Origin: an uncultured Lachnospiraceae bacterium
GTDB lineage: Bacteria > Bacillota > Clostridia > Lachnospirales > Lachnospiraceae
Length of the DNA: 64,000 nt
Direction: 5' to 3'
Assembly (NCBI GenBank): GCA_910584325.1
Contig: CAJTZH010000001.1
Coordinates: 12,328-76,327 of the forward strand
This document shows positions 46,115-55,666 of the stretch, piece after piece (within the stretch, counting starts at the first letter, position 1; each line of letters starts with the position of its first letter). Both the position numbers and the translations under genes were made by a program. The notes below the pieces were generated by a model. It saw nothing but the letters and a program-made list of their open reading frames with translations. It made no database searches and had not been told where the DNA came from.

Positions 46115-48139
46115 TTAATTGATTTTGTATATCCTGGCACTCTCGATTAGAATCCAGTCTTGCGTATTGTTTCGGAACCTTATTTCCAGATTCTGCACCT
46201 TTGTACCAATATAGAAAGTATATACTAATTTACTATTATCCACATAATCTGTCTTGATGTCAATATGCCCGGCACCTCTATTATAGCTGGAATCATATTC
46301 CAACCGTGTTAACCCGGTGCCTGAGACAATCACCTGATACGTTCCCGGCTGTAATGTAATATATGGTCCAAAAGATTCGCCGCCCTGTTTAATATATCTT
46401 CCCTCCGGTTTTTCGTCACACTCCCTGAAATTCAGTCCTGTATATAAAAGACGCATTCCGTCCGACATGCTGAATTCTTCCGCATTGTCAAGTGGTTTTG
46501 CCAATCCAATCAGCAGGTCGTCAATATAATATAAATGCAGACCGTCAGCAGCGTCATAAGGAATATCATAGAAAATATATACCGTCCCCTCCTCGGGAGC
46601 TTTATCAAGAAGCATCTCCCAATGCTGCTGCTTTGTTTGATTAATGGAATAAATATCGCGCCGTGACACATAACCGTCATTTAACAGCATTTCGTTATCC
46701 GCGGCATATTCCATAATACTAAACACCATATCCGTCCCAAGGTAATCATTAACCATCTTTTCATCGTACTGACCGCCGTACGGTATAAAAACAATTTTTC
46801 TATACTCTTTAGCAATTTCATCCCATACCGGCGATGTCAGCATACCTGCGGCATTTCTCTGAGTGACCTCATCCGCCCGAAAATCCATATAATGGTAAAT
46901 ATCAAGTAGCTGTAAGCCGATAAACGCCGCTGTCAGACAAATGACTATCTGCTTTTTGATAACCCGCGCAAGAACGGCAACTGCTCCCGTCATAATCAGA
47001 TACGCCACCGGCCAGCCAAACCGCCCTGACGCTCGGAAAATCGATAAAAGCTTGTCTACCGGCTCCGAATAATCAATTATCAATACCGCCCTTTCGTTCC
47101 ACGTAATCACGGGACTCAATGCCAGCACGGTCATCAACGCCATATAAAGCAGTACCATTTTCTTTCTTCTCGTAAACGTCTTTTTATAAGTAAAAACAAG
47201 TATAACTACCGCAAACACCGCCGCGACAAGACAGCCCGCACCGACATATGCCAGTCCTTCCGCCTGCCCCACGGAATAATTCGGCCAGCTCTTAAAAATC
47301 TTCCCCAAATACTGTGAATTATAGTATCCGTTCAGATTCAGACTGAAGTCTCCCAGTCCGCTGTCCGTTATTCCTGCTCCGCCATAAAAGGCGCCCAGAC
47401 AAAACATCCAGAACAATGCCGCCGTAATTGCGGCCACCCCTGAAAGAAACGCCATTCTCCATTTCCCGTCAAGCGCGTCCTCTAAGAGGCTGCAGCACAT
47501 CATCACCGCAATCATCGGAATATAATATGGATGTAAAAATACCGCAAGCGACATCACAATGCCCCAGCGGACGCTCTCACTCTTAAAATCCGCGTCTTCC
47601 TTTTTTGTACACCATACATAAATGCCAAGAAAAATAATCCAGTGCCCTGCCAATGCCGTATGGTCAAACATTCTCTGATAGATTGCCGGATATGTCAGCG
47701 TCAGGTATCCAAACAAGACAGAAAGCGTTTTATTATTTGTCAGTTTATTCATAACAAGCGCCGCCAGACAGGACTGCGCCATAAATGAAACAAGACCGTA
47801 TAACCCAAAATACTGGAACGTCTCCGGCAAAACCGGCGATACTATTTTAAAGAACACGGCAAACAACGGAATTGCGTCCATGTAGATGACGGATAACGGA
47901 GACGGGTATGTAATCCCGTCAAGCAGACCGAACATCAAATGCCAGTTACTTGTTCTATAATAACGCCACCCCAGATAATGCTGTGTAATATCGCTGTCCG
48001 CCCCAAGAATCCACGCGTCGTTTGTCACATTTACAACATCCATACCGTAGACAAATAAAAACCATGCTCCCCCAGCCAGACAGGAAATCAAAATTAACAA
48101 TTTTATATCGAGATTTTTTATTTTTCTGAACCGCTCCAT
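46115..48139 (-). CDS. Large polytopic membrane protein with a C-terminal extracytoplasmic domain (GT-C-like candidate)
   Basis: About 674 aa with many TM segments. Acidic loop after TM1 (NDAWILGADSDITQHY). Start at ATG 48139. Confidence 0.55.
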   Translation of the reverse strand: MERFRKIKNLDIKLLILISCLAGGAWFLFVYGMDVVNVTNDAWILGADSDITQHYLGWRYYRTSNWHLMFGLLDGITYPSPLSVIYMDAIPLFAVFFKIVSPVLPETFQYFGLYGLVSFMAQSCLAALVMNKLTNNKTLSVLFGYLTLTYPAIYQRMFDHTALAGHWIIFLGIYVWCTKKEDADFKSESVRWGIVMSLAVFLHPYYIPMIAVMMCCSLLEDALDGKWRMAFLSGVAAITAALFWMFCLGAFYGGAGITDSGLGDFSLNLNGYYNSQYLGKIFKSWPNYSVGQAEGLAYVGAGCLVAAVFAVVILVFTYKKTFTRRKKMVLLYMALMTVLALSPVITWNERAVLIIDYSEPVDKLLSIFRASGRFGWPVAYLIMTGAVAVLARVIKKQIVICLTAAFIGLQLLDIYHYMDFRADEVTQRNAAGMLTSPVWDEIAKEYRKIVFIPYGGQYDEKMVNDYLGTDMVFSIMEYAADNEMLLNDGYVSRRDIYSINQTKQQHWEMLLDKAPEEGTVYIFYDIPYDAADGLHLYYIDDLLIGLAKPLDNAEEFSMSDGMRLLYTGLNFRECDEKPEGRYIKQGGESFGPYITLQPGTYQVIVSGTGLTRLEYDSSYNRGAGHIDIKTDYVDNSKLVYTFYIGTKVQNLEIRFRNNTQDWILIESARIYKIN

Positions 48140-48141
48140 TT

Positions 48142-49710
48142 TTAATCCTTCCCTGCCCAAAGAACCTCATCCGAGATATCTTTATCATAATAAAAAACCA
48201 GATAACTTCCATATTCAAAGCTATCGTCCGGCTCGCCAAGAATTTCAAACAATCTTTGATTATTAATAAAACCGCTGGCATTACCGCTGAATGTAATCAC
48301 AAAATGTTTATCCTTCTCCCGAAACCAGCTGCTTTTTACCAGTTCTTCATAACCGAACAGTCCCTCTTCATTTGTATACACCGGATAAATGTCCGTTGTA
48401 AAATCACTGTAAAACGAAGGCATCGACGCGCACCAGAAGTCACCGTACCCGTCTCCCCAGCCTCTGCCAGCAATCTCCTGCATAACAATTTTTTCTTCAG
48501 CGCCGAATCTCGGCATCTGAATCACATCCTTCACCCTGACAATTAACATAAAAACTGTGACAACCGCCAGAAAACGATACAGTTTTTTATAAAAGGAAAA
48601 CTTGTCCATATGCAAAAGCAACGTCCTTACACATAAAATAAAACCAAACAGAAACGCCGGCGCAATATACCGGTGATACACTACAACATCCGTAATTACG
48701 CTTAATCCCAGATTTACAATCACCAATAAAAATAGAAGTTTATCCAAATCCGACAGTTTGAAAAAATGAATGAAGTTATACACCAAAATCACGACGCAGC
48801 CAGCTACTATCATACCGACAAGCACATTATTGAGCAAGGTCTCCGGAGTCACCACAATTCCATCCGGCTTCCTGAACCCGAATAACAGCAACATTTCCTT
48901 TAAGAATCCAAAAATCCTTCCCGGGTAATATCTAGGATGTGCCAGTCCCAACGGCAGCCCCCTTGTATACACGCCGCCGGCAAAAGTCACTACTATCGTC
49001 AGCAATTTTGAGGCAGCAAACGCGCCAATACTGTTAGACAATAATAAAACCGCTCTCTTCCTGTCTTCTTTCACAAAAATAATCTTATAAACACCAAAAA
49101 GCCCCACCGGCGCAAATAAAACCATCGAGGTAACACTTTCCGAAAACGACATTAAAACCGCCAAAATATCGTAAACAATTAAATACTTTAACGTTTCTGT
49201 CTTCATATAATTCAAAATTAAAACAATACAGACTGCCGTAAAAATATAGAGGTTATTATGGGAGTTTGGATTAATCAGAGTGTAGGCGACATTCCTGCCG
49301 GCAATTCCAAGAAAAACCACCGTCATCACGCACAGTAATATCATGTTTTTTGATGACTGTTTCTTTAGAATATCGTCATTGTAAATAAAAAAGTATACAC
49401 TGAATACTGCCAACGTAGAAAGAACGGCAGCAGGAATAAAATGAATCATAAACTGATAGGAACAGCCTAAAAACATAAAAATGGCATAAAAAATTGTTTC
49501 AGTAAATATGAAGTTATTAGTTGCATGTATCCATTCTTTTAATAACACATTTCCCTTTAATAAATCTTCTGCCACAGGTAACATGGTTGTTCCATCAGAT
49601 GAAATATTAATCTTTAAATGATAATAATATAAGAAAAGTGTAAGAATACCCCATATTATAATAAAAACAAACCTTTCTGATGTATTAGTCTGAATTTTTT
49701 TCTTTTTCAT
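48142..49710 (-). CDS. Polytopic membrane protein (GT-C/ArnT-PMT-like candidate)
   Basis: 522 aa with about 12 TM segments. Loop after TM1 reads SSDGTTMLPVAEDLLKGN. Confidence 0.55.
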   Translation of the reverse strand: MKKKKIQTNTSERFVFIIIWGILTLFLYYYHLKINISSDGTTMLPVAEDLLKGNVLLKEWIHATNNFIFTETIFYAIFMFLGCSYQFMIHFIPAAVLSTLAVFSVYFFIYNDDILKKQSSKNMILLCVMTVVFLGIAGRNVAYTLINPNSHNNLYIFTAVCIVLILNYMKTETLKYLIVYDILAVLMSFSESVTSMVLFAPVGLFGVYKIIFVKEDRKRAVLLLSNSIGAFAASKLLTIVVTFAGGVYTRGLPLGLAHPRYYPGRIFGFLKEMLLLFGFRKPDGIVVTPETLLNNVLVGMIVAGCVVILVYNFIHFFKLSDLDKLLFLLVIVNLGLSVITDVVVYHRYIAPAFLFGFILCVRTLLLHMDKFSFYKKLYRFLAVVTVFMLIVRVKDVIQMPRFGAEEKIVMQEIAGRGWGDGYGDFWCASMPSFYSDFTTDIYPVYTNEEGLFGYEELVKSSWFREKDKHFVITFSGNASGFINNQRLFEILGEPDDSFEYGSYLVFYYDKDISDEVLWAGKD

Positions 49711-50803
49711 TGATTACACCCTTACTAAATTTTAATGCTTCTGCAACAACATCATCCATGTCATAATACTTATACAACCCTAATCTACCCCCAAAAAACA
49801 CCTTATCTTCTTTTTCCGCCAGTGTCCAATACTTCTTAAACAACATATCATTGACTTCATTATTTACCGGATAATATGGTTCATCTCCACAATTCCATGT
49901 TTTAGGATATTCTCTGGTAATTACTGTCTTTTTTTGCCTGCCAAATTCAAAATGCTTATGTTCTATAATTCTCGTATATGGGGTTTCGTAATCTGTATAG
50001 TTCATCACCGCATTCCCCTGATAATTTCCTACATCCAAAACTTCTGTTTCAAAATTAAGACTACGATATTCAAGCTCACCATAACAATAATTGTAATATT
50101 CGTCAATCATCCCGGTATATATTATTTTTTTCGCTAAGACTGATAACTCGTCCTTATTAGCCAGATAATCGGTATTCAGCCTTACTTCAATGCCCTCCAG
50201 CATTTTATCAATTATCTGTGTATACCCTCCAACCGGTATCCCCTGATACGCATCATTAAAGTAATTATTATCATAAGTAAAACGCACCGGAAGCCTTTTA
50301 ATAATGAATGACGGAAGCTCCACAGCGCTCTTCCCCCACTGCTTTTCCGTATATCCTTTTACAAGCTTTTCATAAATGTCTTTTCCGACAAGTGAAATCG
50401 CCTGTTCTTCCAGATTATGCGGTTCATCAATTCCACATTCTCTGACCTGTTCTTCTATTTTCTTCTTTGCTTCTTGTGGCGTCACTACACCCCACATTTT
50501 ATTAAATGTATACATATTAAAAGGCAGGCTATAAATCTCATTTTTATAATTTGCGATAGGGCTATTGGTATATCGGTTAAATTTTGCGAAAGTATTGATA
50601 TACCGCCAGACTTCTTCATTATCGGTGTGAAAAATATGCGCCCCATACTTATGAACCTGAATCCCTTCCAATTCATACGTATAAATATTTCCACCTATAT
50701 GAGCACGCTTTTCAACAACCAGACACTTCTTTCCGGCTTTTTTCAATTCATTCGCAACCACCGCGCCATATAAGCCGGCGCCTACAATAATATAATCATA
50801 CAC
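49685..50803 (-). CDS. glf: UDP-galactopyranose mutase
   Basis: 372 aa; YDYIIVGAGLYGAVVANEL...HIGGNIYT...YGAHIFHT...FGGRLGLYKYYDMD. Confidence 0.93.
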   Translation of the reverse strand: MYDYIIVGAGLYGAVVANELKKAGKKCLVVEKRAHIGGNIYTYELEGIQVHKYGAHIFHTDNEEVWRYINTFAKFNRYTNSPIANYKNEIYSLPFNMYTFNKMWGVVTPQEAKKKIEEQVRECGIDEPHNLEEQAISLVGKDIYEKLVKGYTEKQWGKSAVELPSFIIKRLPVRFTYDNNYFNDAYQGIPVGGYTQIIDKMLEGIEVRLNTDYLANKDELSVLAKKIIYTGMIDEYYNYCYGELEYRSLNFETEVLDVGNYQGNAVMNYTDYETPYTRIIEHKHFEFGRQKKTVITREYPKTWNCGDEPYYPVNNEVNDMLFKKYWTLAEKEDKVFFGGRLGLYKYYDMDDVVAEALKFSKGVINEKEKNSD

Positions 50804-50821
50804 TGTTTTTCCCTCCGCATC

Positions 50822-51226
50822 TCATTTTTTCTTCTTAAAAACCGCATATTTCCCAAGTATATAATTCAAAACCATAACCAACACTGTAATAGCATATTTT
50901 GATACCAATTTATGAACATCAACAACTTCCACCAAGACAAGCACCCCTACATAATCCACTATTCCTGTAAACCCTCTGGATAACACATATCTGAATACTT
51001 CCCGAAGAAGTTCTCTCATATCACTACATCTACTACAAAAAACAAAAAATTTATTTACTATATATGCGTAAATTTTGCAGACAATAATCGCTATTAAGTT
51101 CGCAATTCGATAATCCACTATCATACAGAGCAATGTATATAGTACTAAATTGACCAGTGTTGTAGATCCCCCCCATATTAAATAGTCAATCACCTGCTTG
51201 TTTATTATATCTTTTAATCTCTTCAT
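50822..51226 (-). CDS. GtrA-family membrane protein
   Basis: 134 aa, four TM segments; WGGSTTLVNLVLY...KFFVF pattern. Confidence 0.8.
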   Translation of the reverse strand: MKRLKDIINKQVIDYLIWGGSTTLVNLVLYTLLCMIVDYRIANLIAIIVCKIYAYIVNKFFVFCSRCSDMRELLREVFRYVLSRGFTGIVDYVGVLVLVEVVDVHKLVSKYAITVLVMVLNYILGKYAVFKKKK

Positions 51227-51227
51227 C

Positions 51228-51851
51228 TTATTTTTCCAGATTTAAAACTGCAATACTCCATGGAAAACTTTTACAAAAAATTATTTTTCCATCAAATTGT
51301 GTTCTTACGAATCTTTTAAACTTTCTATACGTCCAATGATTTATATGATCTATCGGGTTGCCAAATCTTCTGACATTTTTTAGAGCTATCAAGTTACCCA
51401 TACAGAACCATGGTTCATTTGGAACTGTAATCAATACATACTTTTTACCTACTCTTAACAACTCAAGCACTGCTCTCTCCGGTTGCTGAAGATGCTCCAG
51501 AACTTCTGTACAAATAACTATATCTGCAAAATCATCTTCAAATGGCATATCATAAATATCACCTTGAATATATTCAGCCTTGGGATTCATTTCTTTTGCG
51601 ATATCCAATGCCTCCCGGGTGTATTCTAATCCTTTTATTTTGATACTATTAATACTTTCAAGTAATATATTATCAATGAAGCCTTCTCCACAACCCGCAT
51701 CCAAAATCGTTACCCCCCCATTTTGTAGCTTTATCTCTTCAGATATTCCCTTAATAATAGAAACTATTTTAAAATTAAACATTTCTACCATTTTCCTTTT
51801 TAATGGATTTTTAGAGACATATTTTTCAAAATTACCCTTATTGTATTCCAT
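51228..51851 (-). CDS. Class I SAM-dependent methyltransferase
   Basis: ILDAGCGEG motif I. Start at ATG 51851 after AGGAG. Confidence 0.8.
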   Translation of the reverse strand: MEYNKGNFEKYVSKNPLKRKMVEMFNFKIVSIIKGISEEIKLQNGGVTILDAGCGEGFIDNILLESINSIKIKGLEYTREALDIAKEMNPKAEYIQGDIYDMPFEDDFADIVICTEVLEHLQQPERAVLELLRVGKKYVLITVPNEPWFCMGNLIALKNVRRFGNPIDHINHWTYRKFKRFVRTQFDGKIIFCKSFPWSIAVLNLEK

Positions 51852-51874
51852 AAACACTCCTAAATTAACTATAT

Positions 51875-52600
51875 TTAATTTCCACCTGGTGTAAGAATAA
51901 TAAACTCAGAAATCCCTGCCACAGGACGTACTGCTCTCTCTATGGGTTCAAGAACTGATGTGGCAAAATTATATAACTTTGAATTATTTTCATTCAAATC
52001 GGTAGAAAAACTTCCTCCCTTATCCTTACCTAGATGCCCCTTCAACCAATATGGAATAATTCCCATAAAATTAAAGTAAAAATCATCTATCACATTAAAG
52101 CCGCTCTCAGCGGCCAGATTCTTTAATTCTCCTTTACCATACCTTCTGTAATGTCCGACATTTTTATCCATATAACAATATAAATTATGCAGAGCTGGAA
52201 CACAAATAATTAATTTCCCATCATCGCATAACACAGAGCGCATCTTCTCCAAAGCCCGTCGGTGATTCTCAATATGCTCCAAAACATTAATACATATGAT
52301 TGTATCAAACTCACCCAATTGTTTAATGTCATTTGTCATGATATCAAAATTAATTGCATGGAAATAACCAATATCTCTGAACCTCTCATTCATACAATCA
52401 ATCTGATTGTCAAACAGCTCTGTCGCAACACATAAATCCACATTGTCAATATAATAACTTGTAACTGTTCCAACACCAGCTCCGATATCCAACACTCTTT
52501 TTCCTATATATTTTTTATAAACATTGTACATCCACTTGGAATATCTCGAAATTTTATTCCATTGATTCAAATTTTCTGTAATATTATTCTGCACCGTCAA
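51875..52600 (-). CDS. Class I SAM-dependent methyltransferase
   Basis: VLDIGAGVG motif I; 241 aa. Confidence 0.8.
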   Translation of the reverse strand: MTVQNNITENLNQWNKISRYSKWMYNVYKKYIGKRVLDIGAGVGTVTSYYIDNVDLCVATELFDNQIDCMNERFRDIGYFHAINFDIMTNDIKQLGEFDTIICINVLEHIENHRRALEKMRSVLCDDGKLIICVPALHNLYCYMDKNVGHYRRYGKGELKNLAAESGFNVIDDFYFNFMGIIPYWLKGHLGKDKGGSFSTDLNENNSKLYNFATSVLEPIERAVRPVAGISEFIILTPGGN

Positions 52601-53526
52601 ATTTTCTCCTTTACATGACTTTCGTTATATCGTTTCCTGAAAGTAGCGTCTACCAGCATATCTCCTATAAAACCAATAGAAAACATCTGGACTCCAAGAA
52701 TAATGAGGAGCACTCCCAATATTAGTAGCGGGCGCCCGCCAATTGCCTGTCCCATAAATTTTAAACCCAACAGATACATGCAGATTACAAAGCCTGCTAA
52801 ACCACAGATCAATCCTCCCTTACCAAATAAATGCATAGGTCTGTCATAATATCTACCAAGAAATGCAACAGACAACGAATCAAACAGTCCTCTAAGATAC
52901 CTTTCAAAACCATATTTCGACTTGCCAAATTGTCTTTTATGATGATGTACAACTATTTCTGTAATTTGAAAGCCCTTTCTATATGCTAACACGGGAATAT
53001 ACCTGTGCAGTTCACCATATACATCAATTGCATCAACAACTTCTTTTCTGTACGCCTTATACCCGCAATTAAAGTCATGAAGCTTCACACCAGACAGTTT
53101 TGAAGTTACCTTGTTAAAAAATTTTGACGGAATTCTTTTTTCCAGTGGGTCCTGTCGTTCTTTTTTCCAGCCCGAAACCAAGTCATATCCCTCATTAATC
53201 TTATTAATAAAGTTTGGTATTTCCACCGGGTCATCTTGTAAATCCGCATCCATGGTTATAATGATATCACCATTTACATTTCTGAATGCCGTTTCCAGCG
53301 CCAATGCCTTCCCGAAATTCTTTCGAAATGAAATTAAATGAACATCTTTATCTCTTAAAATAATACTTTTAATAACTACTTCCGACTTGTCGGAAGAACC
53401 ATCGTTAACAAACCATATTTCTTTGTCATAATCCATTGGTATATTTTTTACAATTCCACTATATAACAATTCCAATGACTCCTCTTCATTATACACTGGA
53501 ACTACAAACGAAACTATTTTTTTCAT
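52597..53526 (-). CDS. GT2 polyprenyl-phosphate glycosyltransferase (GtrB/ArnC-like, two C-terminal TM helices)
   Basis: VVPVYNEE, VNDGSSD, MDADLQDDP; C-terminal TM pair. Confidence 0.85.
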   Translation of the reverse strand: MKKIVSFVVPVYNEEESLELLYSGIVKNIPMDYDKEIWFVNDGSSDKSEVVIKSIILRDKDVHLISFRKNFGKALALETAFRNVNGDIIITMDADLQDDPVEIPNFINKINEGYDLVSGWKKERQDPLEKRIPSKFFNKVTSKLSGVKLHDFNCGYKAYRKEVVDAIDVYGELHRYIPVLAYRKGFQITEIVVHHHKRQFGKSKYGFERYLRGLFDSLSVAFLGRYYDRPMHLFGKGGLICGLAGFVICMYLLGLKFMGQAIGGRPLLILGVLLIILGVQMFSIGFIGDMLVDATFRKRYNESHVKEKI

Positions 53527-53535
53527 CTTTTTCTC

Positions 53536-55614
53536 CTATTCCACTATCACATTATTTATCCTAAAACTTAATTCTCTTCCTGAAGTTCCGTTTTCATACT
53601 CAAAGGAATCACCCAAAAAGTTAAGTTCAGCCACTCCGTCAATAAACTTGACTGGAATTGTGATTGTCTGTGCATCATTTGTTATATCAAATAAACTTAT
53701 ATTATTTCCTGACCAAACCGCTAACCTCATTTTTTCTTCAAATGAATGAAGTTCAATTTTAACTTTTGCAGACGCAGCTCCGTTAAAACTATATATTTCA
53801 ATAGCACTTTCCGGTTTTGACCATCGCCATGTAATGTTTTCATACCTTTCTTCCTTATAAAAACCATCATTATACACTATCATAGGAGCCTTAAATTCAT
53901 TTTCCATCTGATAATCCTTTATGTCAAAATAAAATATTTTTCTATTCTCTGATATAAGACTCACATATCCCAATTTTTCTTTTAAATCCTGTACGATGTG
54001 CCAATCTGCTTTCTCCAGCATTGATATATCTACATATATTCCTGAATAGCCGAGCTGCTTAGCAAAAAACAATATCTGTTCTACCGAATTTGTATCAAAC
54101 TTTTCTTTATAAGCTGTGTCCGCATTCGTTCCAACTAAAGTTCCGTAACTCCATCCCAGATTTTTTGTCTGTAAAAGGAAACCCTTAGAATGATAATTAC
54201 AATTTCCGATTCCCGCTATATAATTCTCTAAACCTGTAACATATGGTAATTGAAGAATATAGTCGCCATCATTTGTAAACTGTTCAATATTGGAAATAAA
54301 TTTCTTATCAGCATCATACTTTTGTGCACTGATTTCATATTCTGATAATATACTCCATGATGATAAATCAATAAAATGAATAATTACCAATAATAACAAT
54401 ATATAAAACCACTTTTTACTTTTCTCACATAATCTCTCAAACAAAAAACAAACTGCTATAATTAGAAAAGCAAAAATATACGGAAAGACCCTGGTATAAG
54501 TTCTAATTTTATCTGTAATAAAAAATGACACAATTAACCCTATTCCACCAACTGTTCCCAGAAAAATAGTCGCAATGTTAAGACGTATATATAAATCCTG
54601 CTTTTCATCTTTATCCTTTTTAAATAAGATATAGTATATTGTATAACCTAAACCGACCAGACCAATTAGTCCTACATAATTACGTAACACCTCACCTCTT
54701 GGCAATCCTGATACACCTTTATACATTTTTGTAAATTGTGACAGAATACCACAACTGCCTCCCATCGGCAGAAATAAACTTATCGGCAGAAACCCTACCC
54801 AATATGCATCATATGGAGTTCTTGCTGCCGCATATACATTTTCACCATTCTTCAAAGAATACATAATAGCTGGTGACAAACAAATCAATATTACCAACAC
54901 AATACCTATTATTATCCCTATTCCTACTACAACCGTTTTCCACCGCTTCTTAATTACAGAATCGACCAGCATTATACATAATAAAAAACAGCCAAAAAAT
55001 GCATAATATATATCTGTACAGCCAATTACTACACAAATAACAATTATCTCCAGCATATTTTTCAGCCCATTTTTCCCTTCATATTTTCCAACCGCCATAT
55101 TATAAAATAAAACAATAAATAATGGTATAACAAAATAAGATGCTGCCGTAAAATGTCCTAATGCACATTCTAAATGATAATGACTAAAAGCAAAAACCAA
55201 TGCACAAAGATAAGAGAGCGTCTTGTTCTTCACACCTATTCTTACACACATATACATAAATGCTGCTACAGACAAAATATATGTCAAAAAAAGATATAAA
55301 TTAACTGCTACTACCCAGTTATTAGTAAATAATCCGACTATTTTACACCACAAAATGTAAGTCTGCATAAGAAACGGAAAATAATATAATTCCATACCAT
55401 ATGGCGCACCTAAATTAGGATTTAGAAAATAAGAATTTCCATTCATTGCATTTTTTGCTATTACATCAAAAACAAAATCATCTTTCCCTCTATAAACATA
55501 GGGCTTTGTTATATCGAATTCCCACAATTTGAAGAAAACTATAAAGAATAAAACTAAAGTTACCCCCCCGATTGCCCATTTTATCATATTATTCTTTAAG
55601 TTACTTTTATCCAT
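53536..55614 (-). CDS. Large polytopic membrane protein with a C-terminal beta-rich domain (GT-C-like candidate), paralog A
   Basis: 692 aa. Collinear with the neighbouring 693-aa protein along its whole length. KPYVYRGKDDFVFDVIAKNAMNG after TM1. Confidence 0.6.
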   Translation of the reverse strand: MDKSNLKNNMIKWAIGGVTLVLFFIVFFKLWEFDITKPYVYRGKDDFVFDVIAKNAMNGNSYFLNPNLGAPYGMELYYFPFLMQTYILWCKIVGLFTNNWVVAVNLYLFLTYILSVAAFMYMCVRIGVKNKTLSYLCALVFAFSHYHLECALGHFTAASYFVIPLFIVLFYNMAVGKYEGKNGLKNMLEIIVICVVIGCTDIYYAFFGCFLLCIMLVDSVIKKRWKTVVVGIGIIIGIVLVILICLSPAIMYSLKNGENVYAAARTPYDAYWVGFLPISLFLPMGGSCGILSQFTKMYKGVSGLPRGEVLRNYVGLIGLVGLGYTIYYILFKKDKDEKQDLYIRLNIATIFLGTVGGIGLIVSFFITDKIRTYTRVFPYIFAFLIIAVCFLFERLCEKSKKWFYILLLLVIIHFIDLSSWSILSEYEISAQKYDADKKFISNIEQFTNDGDYILQLPYVTGLENYIAGIGNCNYHSKGFLLQTKNLGWSYGTLVGTNADTAYKEKFDTNSVEQILFFAKQLGYSGIYVDISMLEKADWHIVQDLKEKLGYVSLISENRKIFYFDIKDYQMENEFKAPMIVYNDGFYKEERYENITWRWSKPESAIEIYSFNGAASAKVKIELHSFEEKMRLAVWSGNNISLFDITNDAQTITIPVKFIDGVAELNFLGDSFEYENGTSGRELSFRINNVIVE

Positions 55615-55666
55615 CTTATTCTCCTCTATACCTTTTTTTACCTCAAATATACCCGCTCACACCATC